From positions 75,972 through 139,971 of the forward strand of contig CAWBSY010000008.1 in assembly GCA_963791575.1 (NCBI GenBank): a stretch of 64,000 bases of DNA, given 5' to 3'. Position numbers and translations under genes: made by a program. Positions within the stretch are counted from its first letter, which is position 1. Each line of letters starts with the position of its first letter. This document shows, one piece after another, positions 48,680-58,090 of this stretch. The notes below the pieces were generated by a model. That model was not told the DNA's origin. It searched no databases and was given only the letters and a program-made list of their open reading frames with translations. Origin of the DNA: Terriglobia bacterium (GTDB lineage: Bacteria; Acidobacteriota; Terriglobia; Terriglobales; Acidobacteriaceae).

Positions 48680-49016
48680 CTGATGGCGGTCTCATTCTTC
48701 CGGTATTGGCTGGAGCAATCACCGGATACGATCTCGGAGCCAACGTGCTCAACTTCGGCGCGTTGATCGCATTATAGGCGCGAATGCCGCTGCCTTCGTT
48801 CGCTATTATTTGCACGAAGAGCAGAAGAAACTTGGCACTCTCCTACCGCCAGTGCTCGGCTTCATAATATGTTTTCTTCTTTGGATCAGCCTGAGTCCCA
48901 AAGCCCTCGTCTTCGGCGCAATTTGGATGGCGGTAGGAATTGCGGTCGGCGCGTGGAAGACAAAAGGATTCCGCGGCAACCTGGTGGACTTCGAGCTGCC
49001 CCCGGAAGAAGCATAA
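48680..49016 (+). pseudogene. C-terminal relic of an APC-family amino acid/polyamine permease
   Basis: ORF 48810-49016 (LGTLLPPVLGFIICFLLWISLSPKALVFGAIWMAVGIAVGAWKTKGFRG) resembles the last two TM segments and tail of PuuP-like permeases. Upstream, in another frame, GGLILPVLAGAITGYDLGANVLNFGALIA then ANAAAFVRYYL. There is no N-terminal 350 aa. Confidence 0.5.
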
Positions 49017-49174
49017 GCGACTATCGAGGATGCTCCCGTTGAAGCTTCGCTGGGCGGGGTGTTTTCTCATAGTGAAAACTCTCACCGTCAGAAGATCTTG
49101 GATTTTTTCTTTCTTAGGTAGAGGATAACTTTTTACATGTATTCTCAACCTACCCGCTCTAGAGATCGTCTCCT

Positions 49175-49960
49175 ATGCGCACCCGAATATTTCAGGTTGA
49201 TGCCTTCACTACCCGCCGATTCGGAGGAAATCCTGCGGCGGTGATGTTAATGGATAGCTTTCTGGATGACACAGTCCTGCAGGCCATTGCTGCCGAGAAT
49301 AACCTGGCCGAAACGGCTTTTCTGGTTCCTGACAGCGGCAACTATCGCCTGCGCTGGTTCACACCTCTCACTGAAGTACCACTTTGCGGCCACGCAACCT
49401 TGGCTAGCGCAGCAGTTGTCATGGAACGGCTAGAACCTGGACGCAGTAACGTGGTTTTTCATTCGGCTAGCGGAGCCTTGACAGTGAACCGGGCGGATGA
49501 GAGTTATGTCATGGACTTTCCGGTCCGGCCTTGCGAACTGATCTCCACACCGCCTGGGCTTGTCGAAGCACTTGGCGTTGTTCCAGTCGAGGTTTTCGTC
49601 AATGCCTTTAACTACATGGCTTTGCTAAAAACCGGACAAGCCTTACGTGAGCTTTCGCCCGATATGGCAGCACTCGCGCGGATGGATCGACCCGGTGTGA
49701 TCGTAACGGCAGCAGGAGAGGGAATCTACGACTTCATCAGCCGCTACTTTGCTCCGGCTAAAGGCATTCCGGAAGATCCCGTGACCGGTGCTGCACATTG
49801 CATGCTTGCACCTTATTGGGCGAAACGACTGGGCAAGACCGAGTTTCGCGCCTTCCAAGCCTCGCGTCGTGGCGGAGAAATCACTTGCAGGGTAGTAGGG
49901 GATCGCGTCGAGGTAGAAGGCACATGCGTCTTCTATCTGGAAGGCGAGGCAGAGATTTAG
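49175..49960 (+). CDS. PhzF-family isomerase
   Basis: 261 aa. IFQVDAFTTRRFGGNPAAVM...NLAETAFLV...CGHATLA is the PhzF family pattern. Confidence 0.9.
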   Translation: MRTRIFQVDAFTTRRFGGNPAAVMLMDSFLDDTVLQAIAAENNLAETAFLVPDSGNYRLRWFTPLTEVPLCGHATLASAAVVMERLEPGRSNVVFHSASGALTVNRADESYVMDFPVRPCELISTPPGLVEALGVVPVEVFVNAFNYMALLKTGQALRELSPDMAALARMDRPGVIVTAAGEGIYDFISRYFAPAKGIPEDPVTGAAHCMLAPYWAKRLGKTEFRAFQASRRGGEITCRVVGDRVEVEGTCVFYLEGEAEI

Positions 49961-50031
49961 TGGACGAGATACCACCGGCTGCCCCGTCCTATCGCGAAGC
50001 GAAGGGCGGGGATTTTCTCTCTACTCCGCAC

Positions 50032-52725
50032 TTACTCGACGTTCCACCCGCCCACTTCCACCACCGGCTTCGCGGCTCCCAACTCACTTGCCCTATATGT
50101 GGCACTGATTTCCCGCTTCTCTCCCGGCAACAATGAGATGTAGTTGTCCTGCCATAACACCGGCAGAATCTCTTCTTTCCCCTTGTCAACTTTTAGCCTC
50201 ACAAAAAATGCCAAACTCTTGCTCGGATTTTCCAGCGTGACATGCGTTACTGCATCTTCACCCTTCCGCTCGGTGCGATCCGTAATCTTCAGCTTGACTT
50301 TCGGCAACTGCGATAATGCGGTGAAGTCCGCATAGGATTCCGTTGGCGTCGTGTACCAGTTTGATTTCGCCCAATCCATGGTTTCCTGTTTGCTCGAAAG
50401 CCAGTAGAAATTTGATCCCACCAGCTTGCCTTCAGCATTCTCTAGCCTCAGCACCACAAAATAAGTACCGCTGAGGCCATCGACATTAGGCAGGATAAAA
50501 GCTTTGCTAACGCCATCCGCCGGAACGTCGACGCTCGACTGCTGCGAGAACTTTTCAGTGAGATCAAGGTTTAAAACCTTCGTCGTCAGCTTCAGTCCCT
50601 TCGCTTCTTCATACTGGCTGCTAACCACAGAGATCGACTGATCGTCATATCCGTAGACAGGATGCAGCGGTTCCATCGCTTTCTTGGCTCCGAAGTATCC
50701 TCCGCCCGGCCGCAAGTAGTAGTCGTACAAATGCCAGATCATCGATGGCCACGCATTGTTCAGCATCCACTGAATTACGCCGGTCGAAGCGTACTTGTTG
50801 CGACTGTATCCCTCATACATCGCTCGAATACCTTCATAGGACTGAAGCTGCGACTTGAGAGCGTAGTCCTCGACCGAATCGGACTTGCCATAACGTGCAT
50901 TCAAAGCATCGGTGAATACATGAATGTCTTTGAATACCCCGCCGCCAGCGTGATAATTCCAGGTGTCATCGATCGGCCAAAGGTGGTCTTTGCCGACCAT
51001 CGCACGAATGCTCTCAATCGGAGGAACGGCCGGCCCCATGCTGGTTTCCGTGTTGAAGCCGTAAGCTCCGCCGCAGCCACCTGCATTGCATTGATGCGGA
51101 GGTTGAGCGCTCGGAGCATCCTGCAGCCAGTAAGCCGGTGCAATGTATTCATAAGGTCCAGTCATTTTCACGCCGCTGTCGCCAGTAACTGAGGTCGGCT
51201 TGGCCGTTGCAGAAGAAACCACGGGATTCGGCCAGAGCAGATCTTTTTCAACTTTGAGATAAGTCTGTTCGACGTCCGGAGGCGGCGGATTGTCGCTGCC
51301 ATTCAGCCACATCACAAGACTCGGGTGGCTGCGCAAGCGATACATCTGGTCGCGCAATGATTGCTCGGCGATGCTGAAATCCTGTGGTGACCACTTCGGC
51401 CAGTGCTCCCAATGATCGCAGCAGCACCATCCTGCCATTACCAAAATTCCATTGCGGTCGGCGTAATCGAAGAATTCCGGGACTTCCAGCTTGCCTTCGA
51501 GCCGCACCGTATTCAATCCCATATCCTGCACGTAACGCAGTTCGTCTTTCATGCGCTGCGAGTTTTCGCGCAGAATCATGTCAGGGGACCAACCGCCCCC
51601 GCGGATCAAAATCTTCTTCCCATTCACCGAAAACACCCGATGCTTGTTTTCGTTCAGCTCTGACGTGACCTGGCGAATACCGAATTGAGTTTTGGACAGG
51701 TCCGACGCTTTCCCGTCGACATCGAATTCCATATTCAAAGTGTAGAGATTTGGCTGGCCCATCTGCTTCGGCCACCATAGCCGGGGACTATCAATATTGA
51801 GTTGGGAAACCTGATCGGGATCAAACGTAACATCTTTCGACTCATTGGCCGCGAGTTCTACATCCTGTGAGAACTCGATGTCTTCAATCTTTCCCTTTAG
51901 GGTTCCTTTCACAGGTTGACTCGTACCATTCTTGAGGAGTGCTGTTACCGTCAGGTGTGCTTTATTATTGTCCGGAGAATCGACGTTCGAAACGACTGTC
52001 GGATACCGAAGCGCGACTTGACCGCTCGTCCTTACATCAACAGCGCGCCATAAACCCATGTTCTTATCTGGCGGCGCGGGATTCCAATCAACAAACGTTA
52101 TCGCGAGGTCTGTTTCCGTGGGCGCGTAAACCTGCACCGCCAGAATGTTCTGTTTTCCAGGTTGGGCTGTTTCGGTGACGTTGAATTCATAAGTCCGCCA
52201 TGCGCCTGCCACGTCGTCAGATTTTGCGATCTGCTTTCCATTGAGCCAGATGTTGGCGCGGTAGTTGATTCCGCCAAAGTTCAGCCAGATAGTCTTTCCT
52301 TTGTATGCGGCGGGAATCACAAATTCTTTGCGATACCACCAGGAAACCGCGAACGGACTATCAGCCGGCATGGCGATGTTCGAAAAGTTTGTGCCAATCG
52401 GGTAAGCGACTCCGGGCAGTGACCGCAGGTTCATGCCAAAATCAGGATCGGGGTAGACCTTGTGCTTCACCAGCGCCGCCACGACCGTCGTCGGCACCGA
52501 AACGCCATACCAGCCGCTGGGCTGAAATTTGGGAGTCGAGAGGATATTCCCACCCTGCTCGACCTTCGTCGAGGATTGCAGCATCCAGCCATCGTTCAGG
52601 GAAAGCCTCGGCTCGTCTTGAGAAGTATGCGAGGGAGCTTGGGGTTGGGAAGCACGTGGGGCGTTCTGAGAGAATGCCGACAAAGAACCGATCAGCAACA
52701 GGCACAGAAGACTGCACTTTTTCAT
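50032..52725 (-). CDS. secreted glycoside hydrolase family 2 (exo-beta-D-glucosaminidase/beta-mannosidase-like)
   Basis: 897 aa with a signal peptide. It has the GH2 sugar-binding, Ig-like and TIM-barrel layout (RGGGWSPDMILR..., NTVRLEGK, WLNGSDN). Confidence 0.85.
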   Translation of the reverse strand: MKKCSLLCLLLIGSLSAFSQNAPRASQPQAPSHTSQDEPRLSLNDGWMLQSSTKVEQGGNILSTPKFQPSGWYGVSVPTTVVAALVKHKVYPDPDFGMNLRSLPGVAYPIGTNFSNIAMPADSPFAVSWWYRKEFVIPAAYKGKTIWLNFGGINYRANIWLNGKQIAKSDDVAGAWRTYEFNVTETAQPGKQNILAVQVYAPTETDLAITFVDWNPAPPDKNMGLWRAVDVRTSGQVALRYPTVVSNVDSPDNNKAHLTVTALLKNGTSQPVKGTLKGKIEDIEFSQDVELAANESKDVTFDPDQVSQLNIDSPRLWWPKQMGQPNLYTLNMEFDVDGKASDLSKTQFGIRQVTSELNENKHRVFSVNGKKILIRGGGWSPDMILRENSQRMKDELRYVQDMGLNTVRLEGKLEVPEFFDYADRNGILVMAGWCCCDHWEHWPKWSPQDFSIAEQSLRDQMYRLRSHPSLVMWLNGSDNPPPPDVEQTYLKVEKDLLWPNPVVSSATAKPTSVTGDSGVKMTGPYEYIAPAYWLQDAPSAQPPHQCNAGGCGGAYGFNTETSMGPAVPPIESIRAMVGKDHLWPIDDTWNYHAGGGVFKDIHVFTDALNARYGKSDSVEDYALKSQLQSYEGIRAMYEGYSRNKYASTGVIQWMLNNAWPSMIWHLYDYYLRPGGGYFGAKKAMEPLHPVYGYDDQSISVVSSQYEEAKGLKLTTKVLNLDLTEKFSQQSSVDVPADGVSKAFILPNVDGLSGTYFVVLRLENAEGKLVGSNFYWLSSKQETMDWAKSNWYTTPTESYADFTALSQLPKVKLKITDRTERKGEDAVTHVTLENPSKSLAFFVRLKVDKGKEEILPVLWQDNYISLLPGEKREISATYRASELGAAKPVVEVGGWNVE

Positions 52726-53005
52726 GAAGAGGGTCCTTTTGCGAGGGGGTGAGCTCCCTTGGGCACGTGAGAGTTTTGGGAATAACTATTCCTCGCAACA
52801 CACGAACAACAAAATATGTGCACCGCCTTGATAACACGTTTTAATGATTCGATTCAATGGCTGATTTCGGTGGACATTCTCCTCCGCGCATGAATTCTTT
52901 ATTCCTCTCCACAAACTTAACGTTTGCCACACGCTGCTTTGTCAACGAATGGTCGCGCGTAGTTTATAATCAAGAGTCCCCTTCCAACTCTGGAGTAATA
53001 GATAA

Positions 53006-54997
53006 ATGATTCGATTTTTGCAAACCCCTGGCCCTCTCAAGAAGATCATTCTTGGTGGCTTACTTACAATTATTTGCGTTTTTATGGTGATCACCCTTGT
53101 CCCGGGCTTTGGTAGCGCGGACTTTCTCGGTGGTGGTGGACCCCAGCGTGGGATAGTCGCGACTGTAGGCGATCAGCAGGTCACCGCGCCGGAAGTGCAG
53201 CAACAAGCCAAAGCTATGCTGGAGCAACAATTTCCGCGTGGAGGCGCGCAGGCGTCCATGCTGCTGCCTTACTTTGCGCAGCGAGCGGCCGATGCATTGA
53301 TCAGTCAAAAAGCAATGTTCGCGGAAGCGCAGCGACTAGGCTTGCGTGCAACCGACGATGAGGTGCGGGAGGAGCTGCAGAAGAATCCGAATCTGGCACC
53401 CACCTTTTTTCCAGGTGGAACCTTCATCGGCCAGGATAAATACGAACAATTGTTGCAGCAGCACGACTTGACTGTAGCTCAATTCGAACAAGAACTTCGG
53501 GATCAGGTTCTGTTTAACAAATTGCGGAATTTGATCGCGGGAAGCGCTTCCGTTACTGATGCGGATGTCCGCCAAGAATTTGAAAAGCAAAACACTAAAG
53601 TCAAATTCGAATATGCCGTCATAAAGAAAGACGACGTTCTCAAAGAAATTCATCCAAGCGATGCCGAGCTTAAGGCTTTCTACGATCGAAACAAAGCAAC
53701 TTACAACAATTCAATTCCAGAGAAGCGACAGGTTAAGTATTTCGTTCTCGACACTAATAAGCTGCAAGCGCAGACTCCAGTTACGCAGGACGAGTTGCAG
53801 TCATACTACGATCAGCATCGCGACGAGTACCGCGTGCCAGAGCAAGTGAATGTTCGCCACATTCTGATCAAGACTGAACTTGGGCCGGATGGAAAAGTTG
53901 ATCCTAAAGCGGTCGACGTGGCACGAAAGAAAGCAGAAGACGTTCTTAAACAATTGAAGGCGGGTGGAAACTTCGAGGAACTTGCCAAGAAATATTCCGA
54001 AGATCCGGGGAGTGCCAAGAATGGCGGTTCGCTGGGACCAATCGGCAAAGGCCGCACGGTTCCGGAATTCGAGAAGGCCGCATTCTCGCTTCCCAAAGGT
54101 GGTACGAGCGATTTAGTGCAAAGCAGCTATGGCTTCCACATCATCCATGTGGATGACAAGCAAGACGCCCATATGAAATCGCTGGCCGAAGTGAAAGATC
54201 AAATCGAGCCACTGGTTCGATTGAACAAGGCTCAAAAGGCGGCGCAGTCCGAAGCCAGTGCATTGCTCACCCAGGCTCGTAGCCAGGGAATGGACAAAGC
54301 TGCTGCCGCTAAAGGACTGCAACTCATCACCACGGATTTTGTAAGCAAGTCGGATTCGCTTCCAGGTATCGGCAGTTCGCCGTCGTTCATGGAGGCTGTA
54401 TTCGGCGAGCCGGACAAATCTGCTCCTGATCAAGCACAGCTGCCGCAAGGCTACGCCGTTTTCCAGGTGCAAGCGATCAAGCCTCCCGCTACCCCGACCT
54501 TCGAAGAAATTCGTGGCCGGGTTGAAAGTGAATTCAAGAACGAGCGCTCGGCACAATTGCTGACCCAAAAGACGCAGGAGCTTTCCGATCGCGCGAAAGC
54601 TGATCACGATCTCAAGAAAGCTGCCAAGGAGCTCGGCGCTACGGTGAAGACCAGCGACTTCGTCTCCCCGGATGGGCAGGTGCCTGATATCGGTTCAATG
54701 ACTGGACCAGCCTCGGTTGCATTCACATTGAAGCCAGGAGATATCAGCGGTCCGCTCGACAGTGGAAATACCGGCGCGGTTCTGAACGTTCTTGAGAAGC
54801 AGCAACCCACTGACCAGGATTTTGCAACCAAGAAAGACCAGATTCGCGATTCACTTCTGCAAGCCAAGCAAGGAGAATTGTTCGGCATGTTCGTAGCCAA
54901 CTTGCGCGAACAGATGGAAAAGTCAAAAAAGATCAAGATCAATCAGGATGAAATGAAAACCTTGACCCATGGATCACTGGGGGAACAAGGCGAATAA
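53006..54997 (+). CDS. ppiD: periplasmic chaperone/peptidyl-prolyl isomerase PpiD-like
   Basis: 663 aa with an N-terminal TM anchor, a SurA-N-like region and a parvulin domain (VRHILIKT...AKKYSEDPGSAKNGGSLGPIG...GFHIIHV). Confidence 0.8.
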   Translation: MIRFLQTPGPLKKIILGGLLTIICVFMVITLVPGFGSADFLGGGGPQRGIVATVGDQQVTAPEVQQQAKAMLEQQFPRGGAQASMLLPYFAQRAADALISQKAMFAEAQRLGLRATDDEVREELQKNPNLAPTFFPGGTFIGQDKYEQLLQQHDLTVAQFEQELRDQVLFNKLRNLIAGSASVTDADVRQEFEKQNTKVKFEYAVIKKDDVLKEIHPSDAELKAFYDRNKATYNNSIPEKRQVKYFVLDTNKLQAQTPVTQDELQSYYDQHRDEYRVPEQVNVRHILIKTELGPDGKVDPKAVDVARKKAEDVLKQLKAGGNFEELAKKYSEDPGSAKNGGSLGPIGKGRTVPEFEKAAFSLPKGGTSDLVQSSYGFHIIHVDDKQDAHMKSLAEVKDQIEPLVRLNKAQKAAQSEASALLTQARSQGMDKAAAAKGLQLITTDFVSKSDSLPGIGSSPSFMEAVFGEPDKSAPDQAQLPQGYAVFQVQAIKPPATPTFEEIRGRVESEFKNERSAQLLTQKTQELSDRAKADHDLKKAAKELGATVKTSDFVSPDGQVPDIGSMTGPASVAFTLKPGDISGPLDSGNTGAVLNVLEKQQPTDQDFATKKDQIRDSLLQAKQGELFGMFVANLREQMEKSKKIKINQDEMKTLTHGSLGEQGE

Positions 54998-55079
54998 CTG
55001 CAAGCACCATAACTGCGTTCCACAGGCGATTGACTTTTAATCCCGAGGGTTTTCCCTCAAATCAATTTAGAAAAGACTC

Positions 55080-56609
55080 ATGCCATTTCCTCGCTCAACC
55101 GGAATTCTGCTTCATCCGATCTCTCTTCCCTCGCGTGGCGGAATCGGAGACTTCGGCCCGGCCGCTTATGAGTTTGTGGACTTCCTGGTTTCGGCGCGTC
55201 AGGGATTGTGGCAGGTCCTACCGCTTGGCCCGCCGGCCAACGGCAATTCGCCTTATTCGTCGACTTCCGCTTTCGCCGGAAATCCGCTTTTAATCAGTCT
55301 GGAAAGACTGGCAGACCACGGCTGGATTGATCATTCGCGTCTGTCGGAGCTATCCGATTCCGTCGGACCCATCGATTATGCCGAAGTGACCCGGGGCAAA
55401 TTGCCGCTTATTACCGAGGCTGCGCAAAACTTTCTGGATCGTTCCGCCGACCACCAGAGATCTCGTTTCAAAGACTTCTGTACGGAAAACGCATGGTGGC
55501 TGGAAGATTACGTTCTCTACGATGTCTTGCGAGAGCACAACCGGAAGCTGTGTTGGAAAGATTGGCCGAGTGAAATTGCCCGCCGCGAGCCTGCGGCTCT
55601 GGAGCAAGCACAAAAAGAATATGCTTCCGAAATAGCCACTCGTCGCGTTACGCAATTCTTTTTCTGGGAGCAGTGGCGAGCCTTAAGGCTTTATTGCGCG
55701 CAAAAATCAATACGCGTGGTCGGCGACATCGCAATCTTTGTCGATTACGACAGCGCTGACGTGTGGGCTCATCGCGATCTCTTTCGTATAAAAGACAACC
55801 TTGAGCCGGAAGTCGTTTCCGGCGTTCCTCCAGATGCCTTTAGTGCCACTGGCCAGCGCTGGGGCAATCCCCTATACAACTGGGAACGAATGCGTTCGCA
55901 TAATTACGACTGGTGGATCCAGCGCCTGCGTTGGGCCGTTCAGACGTGCGATTTCATTCGTCTCGATCACTTTCGCGGCTTCGCACAGTTCTGGGAAATT
56001 CCAGCAAGCGAACCCACCGCCATAAACGGCAAGTGGGTGGATGGTCCCGGAGACGATCTGTTCCACAAATTGCGTGAGGCTTTCGGAAGTCTACCGTTTT
56101 TCGCTGAAGATTTAGGTGTAATCACTCCGGATGTTAATGCATTACGTGAGCGCCACAACATACCAGGCATGGCAGTGCTGCAGTTTGGATTTGGCGACCC
56201 TGGCGCGCACATTTATTTGCCTCATCGCTTGACGCCAGACCGCGTTATCTATACCGGCACTCACGATAATGACACGACGCTCGGATGGTGGAAAAATGCT
56301 CAGCCGCACGAGCGTGCAGCTGTCGAGTCTTTGGTGGGTCATCAAGAAGATGGTGTGAATTGGGCTCTAATCCGGCTTGCACAAAGCTCCGTGGCAAGTT
56401 TGTCGGTCGCACCTCTGCAGGATGTGCTCGGTCTTGGCAGTGAGGCTCGTCTGAACACGCCCAGCTTCCACGATGGCAACTATCACTGGCGATATCAGCC
56501 CGGTTCACTAAAGCAGGAGCTGGCGCAGCGCTTGGCGACGCTCGCTGAGGTGACTGACCGTCTTCCGCAACCGGCGGCGATTCAACCCAGTGATGACTTC
56601 CTCGCCTAG
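55080..56609 (+). CDS. malQ: 4-alpha-glucanotransferase (amylomaltase, GH77)
   Basis: 509 aa. RSTGILLHPISLPSRGGIGDFG, RLDHFRGF and YTGTHDNDT motifs. Confidence 0.95.
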   Translation: MPFPRSTGILLHPISLPSRGGIGDFGPAAYEFVDFLVSARQGLWQVLPLGPPANGNSPYSSTSAFAGNPLLISLERLADHGWIDHSRLSELSDSVGPIDYAEVTRGKLPLITEAAQNFLDRSADHQRSRFKDFCTENAWWLEDYVLYDVLREHNRKLCWKDWPSEIARREPAALEQAQKEYASEIATRRVTQFFFWEQWRALRLYCAQKSIRVVGDIAIFVDYDSADVWAHRDLFRIKDNLEPEVVSGVPPDAFSATGQRWGNPLYNWERMRSHNYDWWIQRLRWAVQTCDFIRLDHFRGFAQFWEIPASEPTAINGKWVDGPGDDLFHKLREAFGSLPFFAEDLGVITPDVNALRERHNIPGMAVLQFGFGDPGAHIYLPHRLTPDRVIYTGTHDNDTTLGWWKNAQPHERAAVESLVGHQEDGVNWALIRLAQSSVASLSVAPLQDVLGLGSEARLNTPSFHDGNYHWRYQPGSLKQELAQRLATLAEVTDRLPQPAAIQPSDDFLA

Positions 56610-56738
56610 GTTTCGCAGGGAATAGTTTTTAGGTCGGAACAGTTTTAACGACGTTGTAACACTTAGCGATTCACCTCTCCAGCGCGAATCGTGTAACGTG
56701 TAAATTGAGGTCGGAGTTGGAACTCGGAGTGAACTCTA

Positions 56739-58085
56739 GTGGCGAATGCGATCATCCAAGCGCTTGGTGTGGAGAAGTTCTACGTCCAACCGGACGGGAA
56801 CCGTATTCAGGTCATCGCACCCACCGATCTCGAAGTGGTTCCCGGAAAAATCGTCGCCCTGCTCGGCCCCTCCGGCTCCGGTAAATCCACTCTTCTCCGG
56901 ATGCTCACTGGTCTTTCAATTCCCTCTTCCGGGGAAGTTCAGTGGCATGGTCAGCCCATCAGTGCTCAGCCTCCCAACGTAGCCATTGTCTTTCAAAGCT
57001 TCGCGCTATTTCCTTGGCTCAACGTTCTGGAAAATGTGGAAGCGCCGCTTGAAGCGCGAGGCGTTGCTGCCATTGAGAGACGCAAGCGTGCGCTGAAAAT
57101 GCTCGACACGGTGGGACTGGACGGCTTTGAAACCGCCTATCCCAAAGAGCTTTCGGGGGGAATGAAGCAGCGAGTGGGCTTTGCGCGAGCCCTTGTCGTT
57201 GAACCCGAAGTCCTCTTTATGGACGAGCCATTTTCCGCGCTCGACGTTTTGACAGCAGAAAATCTGCGTGGCGAATTGCTGGAACTGTGGCTCAGTAAAA
57301 AGATTCCCACTACATCAATTTTTGTCGTCACCCACAATATCGAAGAAGCGGTTCTGCTCGCCGACCGGGTTATCGTCCTTGGCAAAAATCCCGGACGCAT
57401 TCGCGCCGACTTCGAGATCAACTTGCCCCAACTTCGAGATCGCAAGTCCGACCGGTTTGTGGAGTTCGTAGATTACATCTACAACACGATGACTCAGCCC
57501 GACGCCGAGCATGCATTGCCTGTTCACGGACAACCTCCCGCCGGCACGGCTCGCGCTCCCAGACAGAAGTATCAGATGCTGCCTCATGCCCGGCCCGGCG
57601 GCATTGCCGGCCTTCTCGAAATTTTGGCCGACGGAGGAGGCAAAGACGATCTGTATTCGCTCGCCGAAAAGCTAGCCATGGATGCAGATGATTTGTTGCC
57701 TATCATCGAATCCTGCACAATGCTAGGTTTCGCTACGCTCAAGGAAGGTGATGTCGAAATCACCCCTGACGGAATGGCCTTTGTGGAAGCTGACATCCAG
57801 ACAAGAAAAATGCTGTTTCGTCAGGCTGCACTGAAGCACATCACGATTTTGCAATGTATCGACAGTGTGCTGAAGGCGAAGCTCGACCACTCCATCCCCG
57901 ACGAGTTCTTCCACGACATCCTTGACGAACATTTCAGTCAGGATGAAGTCGAGCGCCAGTTCGAAACCGCCATGAACTGGGGACGGTACGCGGAGATCTT
58001 TGACCATGATCCGGAAAACGAGCGTCTGGTCTGGACCGATCCGTCATCCGAAGCCAATCATTCCGCAGTAACGGCAGAGAAGTAA
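56739..58085 (+). CDS. NitT/TauT-family ABC transporter ATP-binding protein with C-terminal AAA-associated domain
   Basis: GTG start. Walker A GPSGSGKST, signature LSGGMKQRV, Walker B LFMDEPFSALD. A C-terminal extension of about 190 aa follows. Confidence 0.85.
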   Translation: MANAIIQALGVEKFYVQPDGNRIQVIAPTDLEVVPGKIVALLGPSGSGKSTLLRMLTGLSIPSSGEVQWHGQPISAQPPNVAIVFQSFALFPWLNVLENVEAPLEARGVAAIERRKRALKMLDTVGLDGFETAYPKELSGGMKQRVGFARALVVEPEVLFMDEPFSALDVLTAENLRGELLELWLSKKIPTTSIFVVTHNIEEAVLLADRVIVLGKNPGRIRADFEINLPQLRDRKSDRFVEFVDYIYNTMTQPDAEHALPVHGQPPAGTARAPRQKYQMLPHARPGGIAGLLEILADGGGKDDLYSLAEKLAMDADDLLPIIESCTMLGFATLKEGDVEITPDGMAFVEADIQTRKMLFRQAALKHITILQCIDSVLKAKLDHSIPDEFFHDILDEHFSQDEVERQFETAMNWGRYAEIFDHDPENERLVWTDPSSEANHSAVTAEK

Positions 58086-58090
58086 GGCGC

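Noticed and set aside
852-48815. Programmed ribosomal frameshifting as the explanation for the split genes
   Set aside because: The lesions occur in many unrelated housekeeping genes and in both directions. They share no slippery heptamer or downstream structure, and several occur inside signal peptides or catalytic cores.
48810-49016. Stand-alone 68-aa membrane protein gene
   Set aside because: The sequence continues upstream, with one frame switch, as the penultimate TM region of an APC permease and lacks its own plausible start context. It is interpreted as a gene relic.
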